From assembly GCA_037387885.1 (NCBI GenBank), contig JARRKQ010000001.1, positions 491 to 64,490 of the forward strand: 64,000 bases of DNA, in the 5' to 3' direction. Position 1 is the stretch's first letter; each line of letters opens with the position of its first letter. Shown one piece after another: positions 37,001-46,972 of this stretch. Position numbers and translations under genes: made by a program. The stretch comes from Alphaproteobacteria bacterium (GTDB lineage: Bacteria; Pseudomonadota; Alphaproteobacteria; JAPULJ01). The notes below the pieces were generated by a model. The model did not search any database and was not told where the DNA came from. It saw only the letters and a program-made list of their open reading frames with translations.

Positions 37001-37169
37001 AGGCGATCCGGCGCTGTGCTGACGGAGACGGCCATCAAAGATGACTTACGTTTAGAAATCACTGATATCCCCCGGCGACAAGGCCGGATCGGAAACGGTG
37101 CCTAAATCCAGGATTCGTAACGGTTTGGTGTTGGCGAAGCCGAGGGTGATGGGTTAGAAGGGGCCGTTC

Positions 37170-38510
37170 ATGAGGGGCCGGCAAGGCCCGCAGAGACGTA
37201 CCGATTTTTCGCCCGTGACATCGCAGCCCCCGATTTCCAATCCCGACACGCCCGCGCGCGCGCCGGTCGATGCTCCGCTTCTGGCGCCGTTCCGCGGCCT
37301 GCGCCCGATCCGATCGGCCGCCGCCGGCATCATCGCGCCGCCCTACGACGTGATGACCACCGACGAGGCGCGGGTCCTGGCCGAAGGCCGCGACTATTGC
37401 TTCCTCAAAGTCTCGCGCCCGGAGATCACGCTGCCGGCCGGCAGCGACCCGCACGGCGTCGACGCCTATGCAGCGGCGCGCGCGGCCTTGCGGCGGATGA
37501 TCGAGGCGGGCGTGTTGATCCGCGACGCGGCGCCGGCCTACTACGTCTACCGGATCGCCGACGGCGAGCATGTGCAGACCGGGCTCGCCGCCGCGGCGCC
37601 CGTCGCGGCCTACGAGACCGGCTTCATCAAGCGACACGAGTTCACCCGGCCCGATCGCGAGCTCGACCGCGCCCATCAGATCGATGCGGTGAACGCGCAA
37701 ACTGGCCCGGTCCTGGCGATCCACCGCCGCGCGCCCGCCTTCGAGGCGCTGCTGGACGCTGCGACCAAGGCCGAACCCGATTGCGACGTCACGGTCGACG
37801 GGGTGCGCCACACGATTTGGGCGGTCACCGATCCCGAAGCCGTCGCGGCGATTTCCGCCGCATCCGAGGCGCTCGACGCGCTCTACATCGCCGACGGCCA
37901 TCACCGCAGCGCCGCCGCCGCCCGGGTCGCGGCGATGCGGCGCGAGGCCAATCCCGATCACCGGGGTGACGAGCCCTACAATGCCTTCCTCGTCATCACC
38001 TTCCCCGACGACCAGGTGCGCGTGCTCGACTACAACCGCGTCGTCTATGACCTCAACGGGCTCACGCCGGATGCATTCTTGAAGCAGGTGGCCGGGCCTT
38101 TCGACGTCGCGCCGAGCGACGGGCCGGCTCGGCCGGCCGGTGCCCATGAATTCGGGCTCTATGTCGCCGGCGGCTGGTATCGCCTGACCATGAAGAATCC
38201 GCCGTCGGACGATACCGACGTGCTCGCGCGGCTCGACGTCACGCTGCTGGCCGAGCACATCCTCGGGCCGATCCTGGGCATCGGCGATCCGCGCGAGGAC
38301 ATGCGGGTCGATTTCGTCGGCGGCGCGCGCGGTCTCGACTGGCTGCAGCATCTGGTCGATGACGGCCCGATGGCGGCGGCCTTCGCGCTCTATCCGACCC
38401 AGGTCGCAACCCTGCTCGAGGTCGCCGATGCCGGCGGGATCATGCCGCCGAAATCGACCTGGTTCGAGCCTAAGCTGGCCGACGGGCTGATCTCCTATCC
38501 GCTCGACTGA
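37170..38510 (+). CDS. DUF1015 domain-containing protein
   Basis: APFRGLRP near the N-terminus and ADGHHRSAAAARVA match the DUF1015 family signature. Confidence 0.75.
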   Translation: MRGRQGPQRRTDFSPVTSQPPISNPDTPARAPVDAPLLAPFRGLRPIRSAAAGIIAPPYDVMTTDEARVLAEGRDYCFLKVSRPEITLPAGSDPHGVDAYAAARAALRRMIEAGVLIRDAAPAYYVYRIADGEHVQTGLAAAAPVAAYETGFIKRHEFTRPDRELDRAHQIDAVNAQTGPVLAIHRRAPAFEALLDAATKAEPDCDVTVDGVRHTIWAVTDPEAVAAISAASEALDALYIADGHHRSAAAARVAAMRREANPDHRGDEPYNAFLVITFPDDQVRVLDYNRVVYDLNGLTPDAFLKQVAGPFDVAPSDGPARPAGAHEFGLYVAGGWYRLTMKNPPSDDTDVLARLDVTLLAEHILGPILGIGDPREDMRVDFVGGARGLDWLQHLVDDGPMAAAFALYPTQVATLLEVADAGGIMPPKSTWFEPKLADGLISYPLD

Positions 38511-38517
38511 GCGCGCC

Positions 38518-39486
38518 TCACGGCCCGGTTTTCAGACAGCCAATCAGGTCCGCGACAAGCCGCCGCATCAAGGTAAAGTATGCCTCCTCGCCCGGCGCGA
38601 TCCGCGCGCCCAGCGGGTCGAGCGTGGCGGCACGGGCGCCGGTGCCTTCGATCACCGTGGCGACGATGCTCGGCCGGAATTGCGGCTCGGCGAAGACGCA
38701 GCGCGCCTTGCGCTTGCGGATCGTCTTGCGGATATCCCTCAGGCGGCGCGCGCCGGGGGTGCGTCCGGGATCGAGCGTAATCGCGCCGACGGCGCCCAGG
38801 CGATAGCGGCGCTCGAAATACTGATAGGCGTCGTGGAAAACGATGAAACGCGCGGTGCGAACGGGCGCAAGTCTGCGGTCGAGGTCGCGGTCGAGGGCGT
38901 CGAGCTTTGCTGACAGCCGCGCCGCGTTCGCGCGATACGCGGCGGCATTGGCATGATCGGCCTTGACGATCGCCGCCGCGATCGCCGCCGTCATCGCCTT
39001 GGCATTCCGCGGATCGAGCCAGAGATGGGCGTCGATCTCGCCATGCGCGTGGGGTCTGCCGTTTTTCGCCGTAGGCCGGGTCTCGTGGCCGTCGTCGTCG
39101 CGAACCCAGGCGCCACCCTCGCGGACCTTGAGGGTCGCAACGCCCTTGGCTTCGATCAGCGCGACCGTCTGCGCCTTGCGGGCCAACGTCTTCAAGGGGC
39201 GCACCAGGAAGCGCTCCATGTCCTCGCCGATCCAAAAGACGATGCGGGCCGAGGCGAGCGCCTTGGCATCGGAGGGACGGAGCGAAAACGCATGGGGCGA
39301 GGCGCCGCCCTTGAGGAGAAGCGTCGGCGTCCCGACCCCGCGCATGACCCCGGCCACGAGCGAATGAACCGGGGGGATCGAGGCGACGACCTTGGGCGCC
39401 TCGGCAGCACAAATGCCGGGCACGCCGCCGATTACGGTAAGGAGGGCGACGATTGCGGTCGCCCCCGCGCGGATTACTCCCGGCAT
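38518..39486 (-). CDS. znuA: Zinc ABC transporter substrate-binding protein
   Basis: A signal peptide, a cluster 9 SBP fold, and a His-rich flexible loop (DDDGHETRPTAKNGRPHAHGEIDAH) typical of ZnuA. It is divergent from zur-znuCB. Confidence 0.85.
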   Translation of the reverse strand: MPGVIRAGATAIVALLTVIGGVPGICAAEAPKVVASIPPVHSLVAGVMRGVGTPTLLLKGGASPHAFSLRPSDAKALASARIVFWIGEDMERFLVRPLKTLARKAQTVALIEAKGVATLKVREGGAWVRDDDGHETRPTAKNGRPHAHGEIDAHLWLDPRNAKAMTAAIAAAIVKADHANAAAYRANAARLSAKLDALDRDLDRRLAPVRTARFIVFHDAYQYFERRYRLGAVGAITLDPGRTPGARRLRDIRKTIRKRKARCVFAEPQFRPSIVATVIEGTGARAATLDPLGARIAPGEEAYFTLMRRLVADLIGCLKTGP

Positions 39487-39539
39487 GTCTGCTGCTCCTC
39501 GCCGCGCCCGTCGCGAAAGGATTGAATCTCGCTCGAAAC

Positions 39540-39582
39540 GCTATATCATAACATTTAATTGATAGTGTTATATCATAACAAT
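39540..39582. promoter_or_regulatory. Putative Zur box pair in the znuA / zur-znuCB divergent promoter
   Basis: There are two copies of TATATCATAACA (TATATCATAACAT at 39543-39555 and TTATATCATAACA at 39568-39580). The second copy forms the imperfect palindrome TGTTATATCATAACA. The region is AT-rich and immediately upstream of both the znuA and zur start codons. Confidence 0.55.
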
Positions 39583-39645
39583 CTTTGTCAACCGCTGTTG
39601 AAACGACGCTGGACGGCCAGACGGCGGAGAAGGGATCGAACAGAA

Positions 39646-40134
39646 ATGGCCAACGCCGATAACGCCTCGACGCGCGACCACAGCCCCCACGATCATGCTC
39701 AGTGCATCGACGACGCCCTCGATGCGGCGGCCGAGATCTGCGCGCGGCGGGGCGCGCGGCTGACGCCCTTGCGGCGGCGGGTGCTGGAGCTCGTCTGGGC
39801 CGGCCACGAGGCGGTCAAGGCTTACGATCTGCTGGCCAAGCTCGATGCCGGGGCGAAGCCGCCGACGGTCTACCGCGCGCTCGATTTCCTGGTGGCGCAC
39901 GGCCTCGTCCATAAGCTCGAAAGCCTGAATGCCTATGTCGGCTGCCCGCGGCCGCAGACGGCGCACGAAGGCCAGTTCCTCATCTGCGACACCTGCGGTC
40001 TGGTCGACGAGATCGATGCGCCGGAGCTCAACAGCCAGCTCGTCGAGCGCGCCGCGATCGCCGGTTTCGCGCCCCAGCGCCAGACCGTGGAGGTTCACGG
40101 GCGCTGCGCGGCCTGCGGCGGCAGTCGGTCATGA
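39646..40134 (+). CDS. zur: Fur-family zinc uptake regulator
   Basis: MANADNASTRDHSPHDH, then the HTH, and C-terminal CxxC ... CxxC (CDTCG ... CAACG). It is co-oriented with znuC and znuB, and its stop overlaps the znuC start (ATGA). Confidence 0.85.
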   Translation: MANADNASTRDHSPHDHAQCIDDALDAAAEICARRGARLTPLRRRVLELVWAGHEAVKAYDLLAKLDAGAKPPTVYRALDFLVAHGLVHKLESLNAYVGCPRPQTAHEGQFLICDTCGLVDEIDAPELNSQLVERAAIAGFAPQRQTVEVHGRCAACGGSRS

Positions 40135-41003
40135 GTGCGGACGGCGGCACCAATGGTGGCGGCGGGGCCGGCCGGCCGCTGATCGCGGGCGTGGATCTGG
40201 GCGTCCACCGCGACGGCAAGACGCTGCTCGAGCACGTGAACGTTGAAGTCGCGGAGAACGAGATCGTCACGCTGATCGGCCCCAACGGCGCCGGCAAGAC
40301 GACGCTGATCCGGGTGCTGCTCGGCGTACTGGCGCCCGATACGGGCACGGTGGAGCGGCGGCCGGGCCTTCACATCGGCTATGTGCCCCAGCGCTTCGAG
40401 GCCGATCCGGTACTGCCGCTCACCGTCTCGCGGTTCCTGTTGCTCGGTACGCCGCGGCCACCGGCCGGCGCGCTCGACCGCATCCTGGACGAGACCGGGA
40501 TTGCGGAATTGCGTCAGGCACCGCTCCACGCGCTCTCGGGCGGCGAGCTGCAACGCGCGCTGCTGGCCCGCGCCCTGCTGCGCGATCCCGACCTCCTGAT
40601 CCTCGACGAGCCGGTGCAGGGTGTCGACTTCTCCGGCCAGCTCGATCTCTACGATCTGATCGGGCGCTTGAAGCGCGAATATGGCTGCGGGGTGCTGATG
40701 GTCTCGCATGATCTCCACATCGTCATGCGCGCGACCGACCGCGTGGTCTGCATCAACCGGCATCTCTGTTGCGCCGGCCAGCCCGAGGCCGTGTCCCGGC
40801 ATCCCGAATATGTCTCGCTCTTCGGGCCGCGCGCGGGCGAGCTCGCGGTCTATACGCACGAGCACGACCACAAGCACGACCTGGCCGGCCATGTGGTGCC
40901 GGCCGAGGGCGGGCACGATCATCATCATCACCATGATCACGCGCATACCCACACCCACGACTCTGCGCACGACAAAGGATCGGGGGGCGCGGGCGATGCT
41001 TGA
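40131..41003 (+). CDS. znuC: Zinc ABC transporter ATP-binding protein with a His-rich C-terminal tail
   Basis: Walker A GPNGAGKTT, signature LSGGELQRALLARAL, Walker B LLILDEP. The tail reads HEHDHKHDLAGHVVPAEGGHDHHHHHDHAHTHTHDSAHD. Confidence 0.9.
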   Translation: MSADGGTNGGGGAGRPLIAGVDLGVHRDGKTLLEHVNVEVAENEIVTLIGPNGAGKTTLIRVLLGVLAPDTGTVERRPGLHIGYVPQRFEADPVLPLTVSRFLLLGTPRPPAGALDRILDETGIAELRQAPLHALSGGELQRALLARALLRDPDLLILDEPVQGVDFSGQLDLYDLIGRLKREYGCGVLMVSHDLHIVMRATDRVVCINRHLCCAGQPEAVSRHPEYVSLFGPRAGELAVYTHEHDHKHDLAGHVVPAEGGHDHHHHHDHAHTHTHDSAHDKGSGGAGDA

Positions 41004-41802
41004 GAGCTTCGTTGTGCGTGCGCTGATCGGCGGCATCGGCATCGCGCTGGTGGCGGGACCGCTCGGCTGCTTCGTCGTCTGGCGGCGGATGGCCTATTTC
41101 GGTTCGTCGATCGCCCATGGCGCGCTGCTCGGCGTGGCCCTGGGGCTGCTCTTCGGGGTCGGGCTGACGCCGGCGGTTCTCGTCGTCTCCGTAGTCCTGG
41201 CCATGCTGCTCGTTGTGTTCCAGCATCAACGTCTGCTGCCGACCGATACGTTGCTCGGCATTCTCGCCCATGCGGCGTTGGCGTTCGGTCTCATCGCCCT
41301 GGCGCTGATGGAGGGCGTGCGGGTCGATCTGATGGCCTATCTCTTCGGCGACGTGCTCTCGATCGGCTGGATCGACATCATCTGGATTTATGGCGGCGGC
41401 GCGTTGGCGCTGACGGCGCTGGTGCTCGTCTGGACGCCTCTTCTGGCGGCGACATTGAACGAGGAGCTGGCGCGCGCTGAAGGCCTGCCGGTCGGCCGCG
41501 CCCGCACGGTCCTGATGCTGCTGATCGCACTTGTCGTGGCGATTGCGATGAAGATCGTGGGCGTGCTGCTGATCGTCTCGCTGCTGATCATTCCGGCCGC
41601 GGCCGCGCGATGCTTCGCCCGCACGCCCGAAGCGATGGCGGCGTTCGCCGCGGGGATCGGCGTGTTGTCGGTGATCGGCGGCATTGCCGCCTCGATGGCC
41701 TGGGACTGGCCCGCCGGCCCCGCGATCGTGGCGGCCGCGACGCTGCTGTTCGTCGTGAGTCTGGGGACCGGCGGCGGGCGACGCGCGCTGGAACGAAGCT
41801 AG
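40996..41802 (+). CDS. znuB: Zinc ABC transporter permease
   Basis: 268 aa from MLESFVVRALIGG, hydrophobic throughout. It overlaps the znuC 3' end by 8 nt. The 364-aa ORF in the track is a 5' extension. Confidence 0.85.
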   Translation: MLESFVVRALIGGIGIALVAGPLGCFVVWRRMAYFGSSIAHGALLGVALGLLFGVGLTPAVLVVSVVLAMLLVVFQHQRLLPTDTLLGILAHAALAFGLIALALMEGVRVDLMAYLFGDVLSIGWIDIIWIYGGGALALTALVLVWTPLLAATLNEELARAEGLPVGRARTVLMLLIALVVAIAMKIVGVLLIVSLLIIPAAAARCFARTPEAMAAFAAGIGVLSVIGGIAASMAWDWPAGPAIVAAATLLFVVSLGTGGGRRALERS

Positions 41803-41815
41803 CTGGAACCGGCGT

Positions 41816-42904
41816 CTACGACGTCTTCTTTTTCTCGATCAGGTCCTTCAGGCGCAGCTGCATGTGGCTCAGGTTGGTTGCGGGCACCTTGTAGGCCCAG
41901 CCCTTGAGCCGCGCCCGCAGCGCGGCGACTTCCTTCTTGGCCGCGTCCGCCGTCTTGATCTCCATCTTCTCGTGCACCTTGCCCTTCGGCGTGATCGCGC
42001 CGGCGGCGTTATAGGCGACGTCGAAGCTGACCCAGAACTCGTCCTTCTTCACCTTGGCGACCCGCGCGGTGACGACGATGCCGTCGTAGGTGCGAATCTC
42101 GGCGGTCGAGACGGTCAGCTTGTCCCAGTCGATCTTGGACGCCTCGCGCACGTCCTCCAGCTCCAGCTTCTCCAGCACCGCGGCGACCGCGCTGATGGTG
42201 CCGTCGGTCTTCGGCACCATGCCCTCGGGCAGCGGGTAGTTGGTCAGCTCCAGCGCCGCGCCGGGCTTGGGTCGCCTGATCGCAACCGTCTCGCCGGCCT
42301 TGCCGCTGACCGCGACGAAGCGGACGCGGGTCTTGCGGATATCGGCCAGGTCCTTGTCGATCCAGTTCGACGGATCGTGATCGATGCTGATGTCGCCGGA
42401 CGCCTTCCAGGCGCGCTTTTCGCCGGGCTTGCGGTAGTAGGCGGTGCCCGGCCCGAAGCGGCCGCGCGCGGTCTTGCCGATGAGCAGCTTGGCCAGCGTC
42501 TTGTTTTTCGCGCCGACGACGGTGACGAGCTGTGCCGCGGAGTCCTTGTGCGAGAGATCGCGCAGATCGAGCCGCTCGTAGAGATCGGGGCGGTTGGTCT
42601 TGGGCTCCAGCACCTTCATGCCGGCGAGGCCGACGAGGATTTCCTTCACCTTGTCGGGATCGGCGGCATAGCCGCCGCGCTCCTTGACGTGCCAGCCGTC
42701 CTTGTCGCGGGTGATGGTAAGCGAGCCCTTCTTGCGCGCGATGGTGATGCCGCGCACGTCGTTGATCGACTTGGCGAGCTCGGGAAGCACGAGCTTGCCG
42801 CTGCCGGCGACCTTGGCGAGCCGGTTGGAGGGCTCGGTCGCGATCGCCGCCGCAACCGCGACCGCGGTGACGCCGGCGAGGATCAGGAAGTTCCGTTTGC
42901 GCAT
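41816..42904 (-). CDS. DUF4340 domain-containing protein (partner of Gldg-type ABC auxiliary proteins)
   Basis: There is an N-terminal transmembrane anchor (MRKRNFLILAGVTAVAVAAAIA). Sequence and gene context, immediately after a Gldg gene, match DUF4340. Confidence 0.7.
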   Translation of the reverse strand: MRKRNFLILAGVTAVAVAAAIATEPSNRLAKVAGSGKLVLPELAKSINDVRGITIARKKGSLTITRDKDGWHVKERGGYAADPDKVKEILVGLAGMKVLEPKTNRPDLYERLDLRDLSHKDSAAQLVTVVGAKNKTLAKLLIGKTARGRFGPGTAYYRKPGEKRAWKASGDISIDHDPSNWIDKDLADIRKTRVRFVAVSGKAGETVAIRRPKPGAALELTNYPLPEGMVPKTDGTISAVAAVLEKLELEDVREASKIDWDKLTVSTAEIRTYDGIVVTARVAKVKKDEFWVSFDVAYNAAGAITPKGKVHEKMEIKTADAAKKEVAALRARLKGWAYKVPATNLSHMQLRLKDLIEKKKTS

Positions 42905-42915
42905 GGCTCCTCTCC

Positions 42916-44991
42916 TCAGCCTTCCGCCATCGCATGGCGTCGCCGGCGCCGCCGCCGCCGCACCAGACCCATGATCGCGGCGAAAATCGCGATCGCCAGC
43001 GGCACGGCGGCGATCGTGTAGAACTGGATGCGCCGCTCCAGCCGGTCGATGTCGCTGCGCATGGCGTGCTGGACAGCGCGCAGCTCGCCGCGCGTCTTGA
43101 TGATCTCGACGCGGAACTGATCGATCGCCTTGATCTGCGCCGCCGACAGGATCGTCTCGCCCGCCTTGTCGGTCTTGCTCTGCAGTTGGGTCAGCTTCTT
43201 GCGGGTCTCGGCCAGCTTCTTGACCAGGCCCTGCTCCTTGGCGCGCAGCCGCACGCTCGCCTTGCGCTGGATTTCCTGGACCAGCGTGAAGGGCCGGGCG
43301 GCCTGGCCGCGGCTGCGCAGACCGATGAGCCCCTTGCCACCGGCCATGTTGTCGACGGCGTTGATGATGAAGGCGCCGTTGTCGGCCGCGGCGACCGGGA
43401 CCTGCCGGCCATAGACCGACTGCCGGGAGATCCAGAACTTGTCGTCCATCAGGTCGGTGTCGGCGATCACGATGACGTTGATCGGCCCGACCGACTTGGT
43501 GAGGTGCTTGGGTTTCGGCTTTTTCTTTTCGGCCGGCTTGGCTTTGGGCTTGGCCTTGGCTTTTGCCTTGTCGTCTTTTTTCTTCTTGTCGCCCTTCTTG
43601 GGCTTCTCCGGTGGGGGGCCCTTGGGGAAGGCGCTCTCGGCGGGCCCGCGCAGGCGTGCGGCCAGCACCAGCACCCGGCCGCCGGCCTTATAGTCGGCGA
43701 CGAGCTTGGGCAGGTTGGGGCGGAAGCGCAGCTTGTTGGCGTCGATCAGCTCCGCCTGCGGCGTGCTGATCAGGAGCGGGGTCATGGTGACCTTGCTCTT
43801 GGTCTTCTCGTCGCGGACGATCGCGCCGGGCGAGGCGACATAGAGCTGGCGCAGCTCGGCCGTGACGATGTCTTCGCGGTTCATGTTGCGCGCGGTGAGC
43901 GCCATCCAGGCGAGATGCTCGACGACCTGTCTGCCGCGTCCGTCGGGGCTTGGGAACTGGACCCGAACCGCGCGCGAGGGGTCGCCGACAACCTTGTTGG
44001 GGAGCACCTTGATGCCCCACGGCTCCATGACCTTCGGCAGGCTCGATCCGGTGTCGAGATTCGGTATGCCGAAGCGGCCGCCGGCCCTGTCCGTCTCGGC
44101 GTGGGGGTCGATGAAGAAGATCGCCTTGCCGCCGCGCATGATGAACTGGTCGATGGCGTAGAGCGTCTGCGGCGAGGGCTTCTTGGGATGGACCACCAGG
44201 AGCACGTCGATGTCTTTGTCGATCGCCTTCGCGGCGCTGCTCACCTGGCGCATGGTGAAGCGCTCGCTGAGCTGGGAGAGCAGGACCCACGGCGTGCCCC
44301 ACATGCCGCGCCGCGCCGCCGGATGCGACAGGCGCAGGTTCGACATCAGGCCCACCACCTTCTTCTTCGGATTGGCGAGGCGCTCGACGAGACGCGTCAC
44401 GTCGTATTCGAGGAAGGATTCGCGGTTGGGATGGAAGAAGGCGATGGTCAACTCGTCGTCGGTGCTGTTGGTGCCGACGAGGCCGAAATAGCCCTTCTCG
44501 TCGGAACGGCTGCTGAGCGGCACGGCCTGAAGGCCGGCGCGGACCGCCTCGTCCTCGGTGGTCGAGAAGGGTTCGGGGTTGAGGATCTCCAGCCGGATCT
44601 TGCCGCCGGAGATACCCTGGTAGCGCTGCAGAAGCTCGCGCACCCGGGTGATGTAGGGAATGAAGGTCGGCGCGGCCTCGCCCAGCTTGCGCGAGTAGTA
44701 GAGCTTGAGCGTGATCGGCTCGTCGATAGAGGTCAGAACGGTCCGCGTGCTGTCGGACAGGGTGAACAGATTGTCCTCGGTGAAATCGAGCGCGGTGCCG
44801 CGCGAGAGCCGCCCCGACAGCGCATTCACCGCGACCAGCAGGACGGCCAGCAGGATCAGGCTCGCGATCGCGATGGTGCGGTGCCCGGCAAGGCCGGTTT
44901 CGGCCTTTGCCGGCGGCGTGCCCGCACCGCCGGTCTGGGGGGCGGACGGTTTTTCAGGTGAGTCCGGGTTGGCGGTCTTGCTGTCGGCCAT
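42916..44991 (-). CDS. Gldg-family ABC-transporter-associated auxiliary protein
   Basis: 691 aa with N- and C-terminal transmembrane segments. There is an internal Lys/Pro-rich low-complexity insert (PEKPKKGDKKKKDDKAKAKAKPKAKPAEKKKPKPK). It follows an ABC-2 permease and ATPase. Confidence 0.75.
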   Translation of the reverse strand: MADSKTANPDSPEKPSAPQTGGAGTPPAKAETGLAGHRTIAIASLILLAVLLVAVNALSGRLSRGTALDFTEDNLFTLSDSTRTVLTSIDEPITLKLYYSRKLGEAAPTFIPYITRVRELLQRYQGISGGKIRLEILNPEPFSTTEDEAVRAGLQAVPLSSRSDEKGYFGLVGTNSTDDELTIAFFHPNRESFLEYDVTRLVERLANPKKKVVGLMSNLRLSHPAARRGMWGTPWVLLSQLSERFTMRQVSSAAKAIDKDIDVLLVVHPKKPSPQTLYAIDQFIMRGGKAIFFIDPHAETDRAGGRFGIPNLDTGSSLPKVMEPWGIKVLPNKVVGDPSRAVRVQFPSPDGRGRQVVEHLAWMALTARNMNREDIVTAELRQLYVASPGAIVRDEKTKSKVTMTPLLISTPQAELIDANKLRFRPNLPKLVADYKAGGRVLVLAARLRGPAESAFPKGPPPEKPKKGDKKKKDDKAKAKAKPKAKPAEKKKPKPKHLTKSVGPINVIVIADTDLMDDKFWISRQSVYGRQVPVAAADNGAFIINAVDNMAGGKGLIGLRSRGQAARPFTLVQEIQRKASVRLRAKEQGLVKKLAETRKKLTQLQSKTDKAGETILSAAQIKAIDQFRVEIIKTRGELRAVQHAMRSDIDRLERRIQFYTIAAVPLAIAIFAAIMGLVRRRRRRRRHAMAEG

Positions 44992-45000
44992 GGTCGCTAG

Positions 45001-45735
45001 CTACTCCGCTTTCTCAAGATCGAGGACGATCGAATTCGCGATCAGGAAAAGCACGATCATCGAGCCGAAGAAGACGAGGTCGCGCACCTCGATGACGCCC
45101 TTGGAGATCGCGTTGAAATGGGTGAGGAAACTGAGCGAGGCGATCGTGTCGGCGATCGTCTGCGGCACCCAGCCTGCAAGGAAGGTGAGGACGAACTGCG
45201 TGCCGCTCAGCGTGAAGATGAGGCAGACCGCGGCGGAGACTACGAAGGCGATCACCTGGTTCTTGGTCCAGGCTGAGAAGCACGCGCCGATGGCGAGATA
45301 GCCGCCCGCCATCAGGAAGCTGCCGACATAGCCCGCGAGAATCGCGCCGTTGTCGGGATTGCCGAGCCGGTTCACGACGAGCCAGATCGGGAAGGTGAGC
45401 GCGAGCGCCACGCCGGCAAAGGCCCAGGCGGCGAGGAACTTGCCGATCACCGCCTGCGGCAGCGAGATCGGCAGGGTGAACAGCAGCTCGATCGTGCCGG
45501 ATTTGCGCTCTTCGGCCCACAGCCGCATCGAGATCGCCGGCACCAGGAAGAGATAAAGCCAGGGGTGAAAGACGAAGAAGGCCTGGAGATCGGCCTGCTC
45601 GCGGCCGAAGAAGTTGCCGACGAAATAAGTGAGCGCGCCGGCGACGGCGAGGAAAACCACGAGGAAGACATAGGCCACGGGCGTCGCGAAATAGCCGCGC
45701 AGCTCGCGCTTGAAAATCGTCCAGATATTGCTCAT
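45001..45735 (-). CDS. ABC-2 family transporter permease
   Basis: A six-TM hydrophobic profile and the typical ABC-2 N-terminus (MSNIWTIFKRELRGYFATPVAYVFL). Confidence 0.8.
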   Translation of the reverse strand: MSNIWTIFKRELRGYFATPVAYVFLVVFLAVAGALTYFVGNFFGREQADLQAFFVFHPWLYLFLVPAISMRLWAEERKSGTIELLFTLPISLPQAVIGKFLAAWAFAGVALALTFPIWLVVNRLGNPDNGAILAGYVGSFLMAGGYLAIGACFSAWTKNQVIAFVVSAAVCLIFTLSGTQFVLTFLAGWVPQTIADTIASLSFLTHFNAISKGVIEVRDLVFFGSMIVLFLIANSIVLDLEKAE

Positions 45736-45753
45736 ACGCGTCTCTGCCTGCTT

Positions 45754-46680
45754 TTACGCTGCCGTTTGCGTGATATCGCGGAACACTTCGTCGAGATGGC
45801 CGCGCTCGGCGTAGACCTCCTGGACCGGCCACTTCTCAGACCGCGCCAGATCGTTCACCGTCGCGATGATCGAGCGGCCGTCCTTGGGATAGACGATGAG
45901 CACGCCGCCGCCGCGCGGCTGCACGTTGGCGACCTCGTCCAATCCCCGCAGCGCTTCGGCGGCCGCCGCTTCGCTGTCCTTGTCGATCTTCAATGTGACG
46001 GCATTGTGATGGCGCGAGCGGGCCTCCATCTCCTCCGGCGTGCCGTCGGCGACGACGCGGCCGGATGCGATGATGATGGCGCGGCTGCAGACGGCCGTGA
46101 CCTCTTCCAGCAGATGCGTGGAGATGATGATCGCCTTCTGCGGCGCCATCTCGCGGATCAGCTTGCGCACCTCGTGCTTCTGGTTGGGGTCGAGACCGTC
46201 GGTCGGCTCGTCGAGCACCAGGACGTCGGGGTCGTCGAGCAGCGCCTGGGCGAGCCCCACCCGGCGCTTGAAGCCCTTCGACAGCGTCTCGATCGGCTGG
46301 TCATAAACCGAGGCGATGTTGGCAAGCTCGATCGTCTTCTCGATGCGCTCGGCGCGCGCCGAACCGCCCAAGCCCCGGATCCCGGCGATGAAACCCAGAT
46401 AGGAGCGCGGCGTCATGTCGGCATAAGCCGGCGCGCCCTCGGGCAGATAACCCAGATGCTGCTTCGCCTCGATGGGGTTCTGCACGATATCGAAACCGCA
46501 GATCGAGGCCGTGCCGGCGGTCGGGGTGAGGAAGCCGCAGAGCGTCTTCATCGTGGTCGACTTGCCGGCGCCGTTGGGCCCCAGAAAGCCCAGCACCTCG
46601 CCCTTGCCGACCTTGAAGCTGACCCCGTCGACCGCCTTGATCGGTCCGAAATATTTCGTCAACGAGTCTGCCTGGATCAT
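45754..46680 (-). CDS. ABC transporter ATP-binding protein (ABC-2 subfamily)
   Basis: Walker A GPNGAGKST, signature LSKGFKRRVGLAQAL, Walker B LVLDEPTDGLD. Confidence 0.9.
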   Translation of the reverse strand: MIQADSLTKYFGPIKAVDGVSFKVGKGEVLGFLGPNGAGKSTTMKTLCGFLTPTAGTASICGFDIVQNPIEAKQHLGYLPEGAPAYADMTPRSYLGFIAGIRGLGGSARAERIEKTIELANIASVYDQPIETLSKGFKRRVGLAQALLDDPDVLVLDEPTDGLDPNQKHEVRKLIREMAPQKAIIISTHLLEEVTAVCSRAIIIASGRVVADGTPEEMEARSRHHNAVTLKIDKDSEAAAAEALRGLDEVANVQPRGGGVLIVYPKDGRSIIATVNDLARSEKWPVQEVYAERGHLDEVFRDITQTAA

Positions 46681-46972
46681 GGCATCCCTTTTTCGCGCGT
46701 TCGCGCCATTGCGTCGTCAGGTTTGTGCGTCGGTAGGTTTGGCCGGCCGCTCGGCCGTCGATATAGGGCAGTCCTGCCGGCCGTCAACCGACACGCGCCC
46801 CGTTGCTTGGGCCGGATTCATATCGGGTCTGACGGTCCCACGCAAATGCTTCCGCGAGCGATTTTCCGGAGGTTTCAGGCGTTAATCATGAATCGGCCGT
46901 GCAGCGCCCGTGACGCCTCACGGCCGGCTGGCCTATGCTGCGCGACCGCGCCGGCAGACCTGGGAGGGGGAG

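Noticed and set aside
42916-44991. The Lys-rich stretch in Gldg as a separate histone-like gene
   Set aside because: It is in frame and internal to a continuous Gldg-family ORF, with conserved flanks on both sides.
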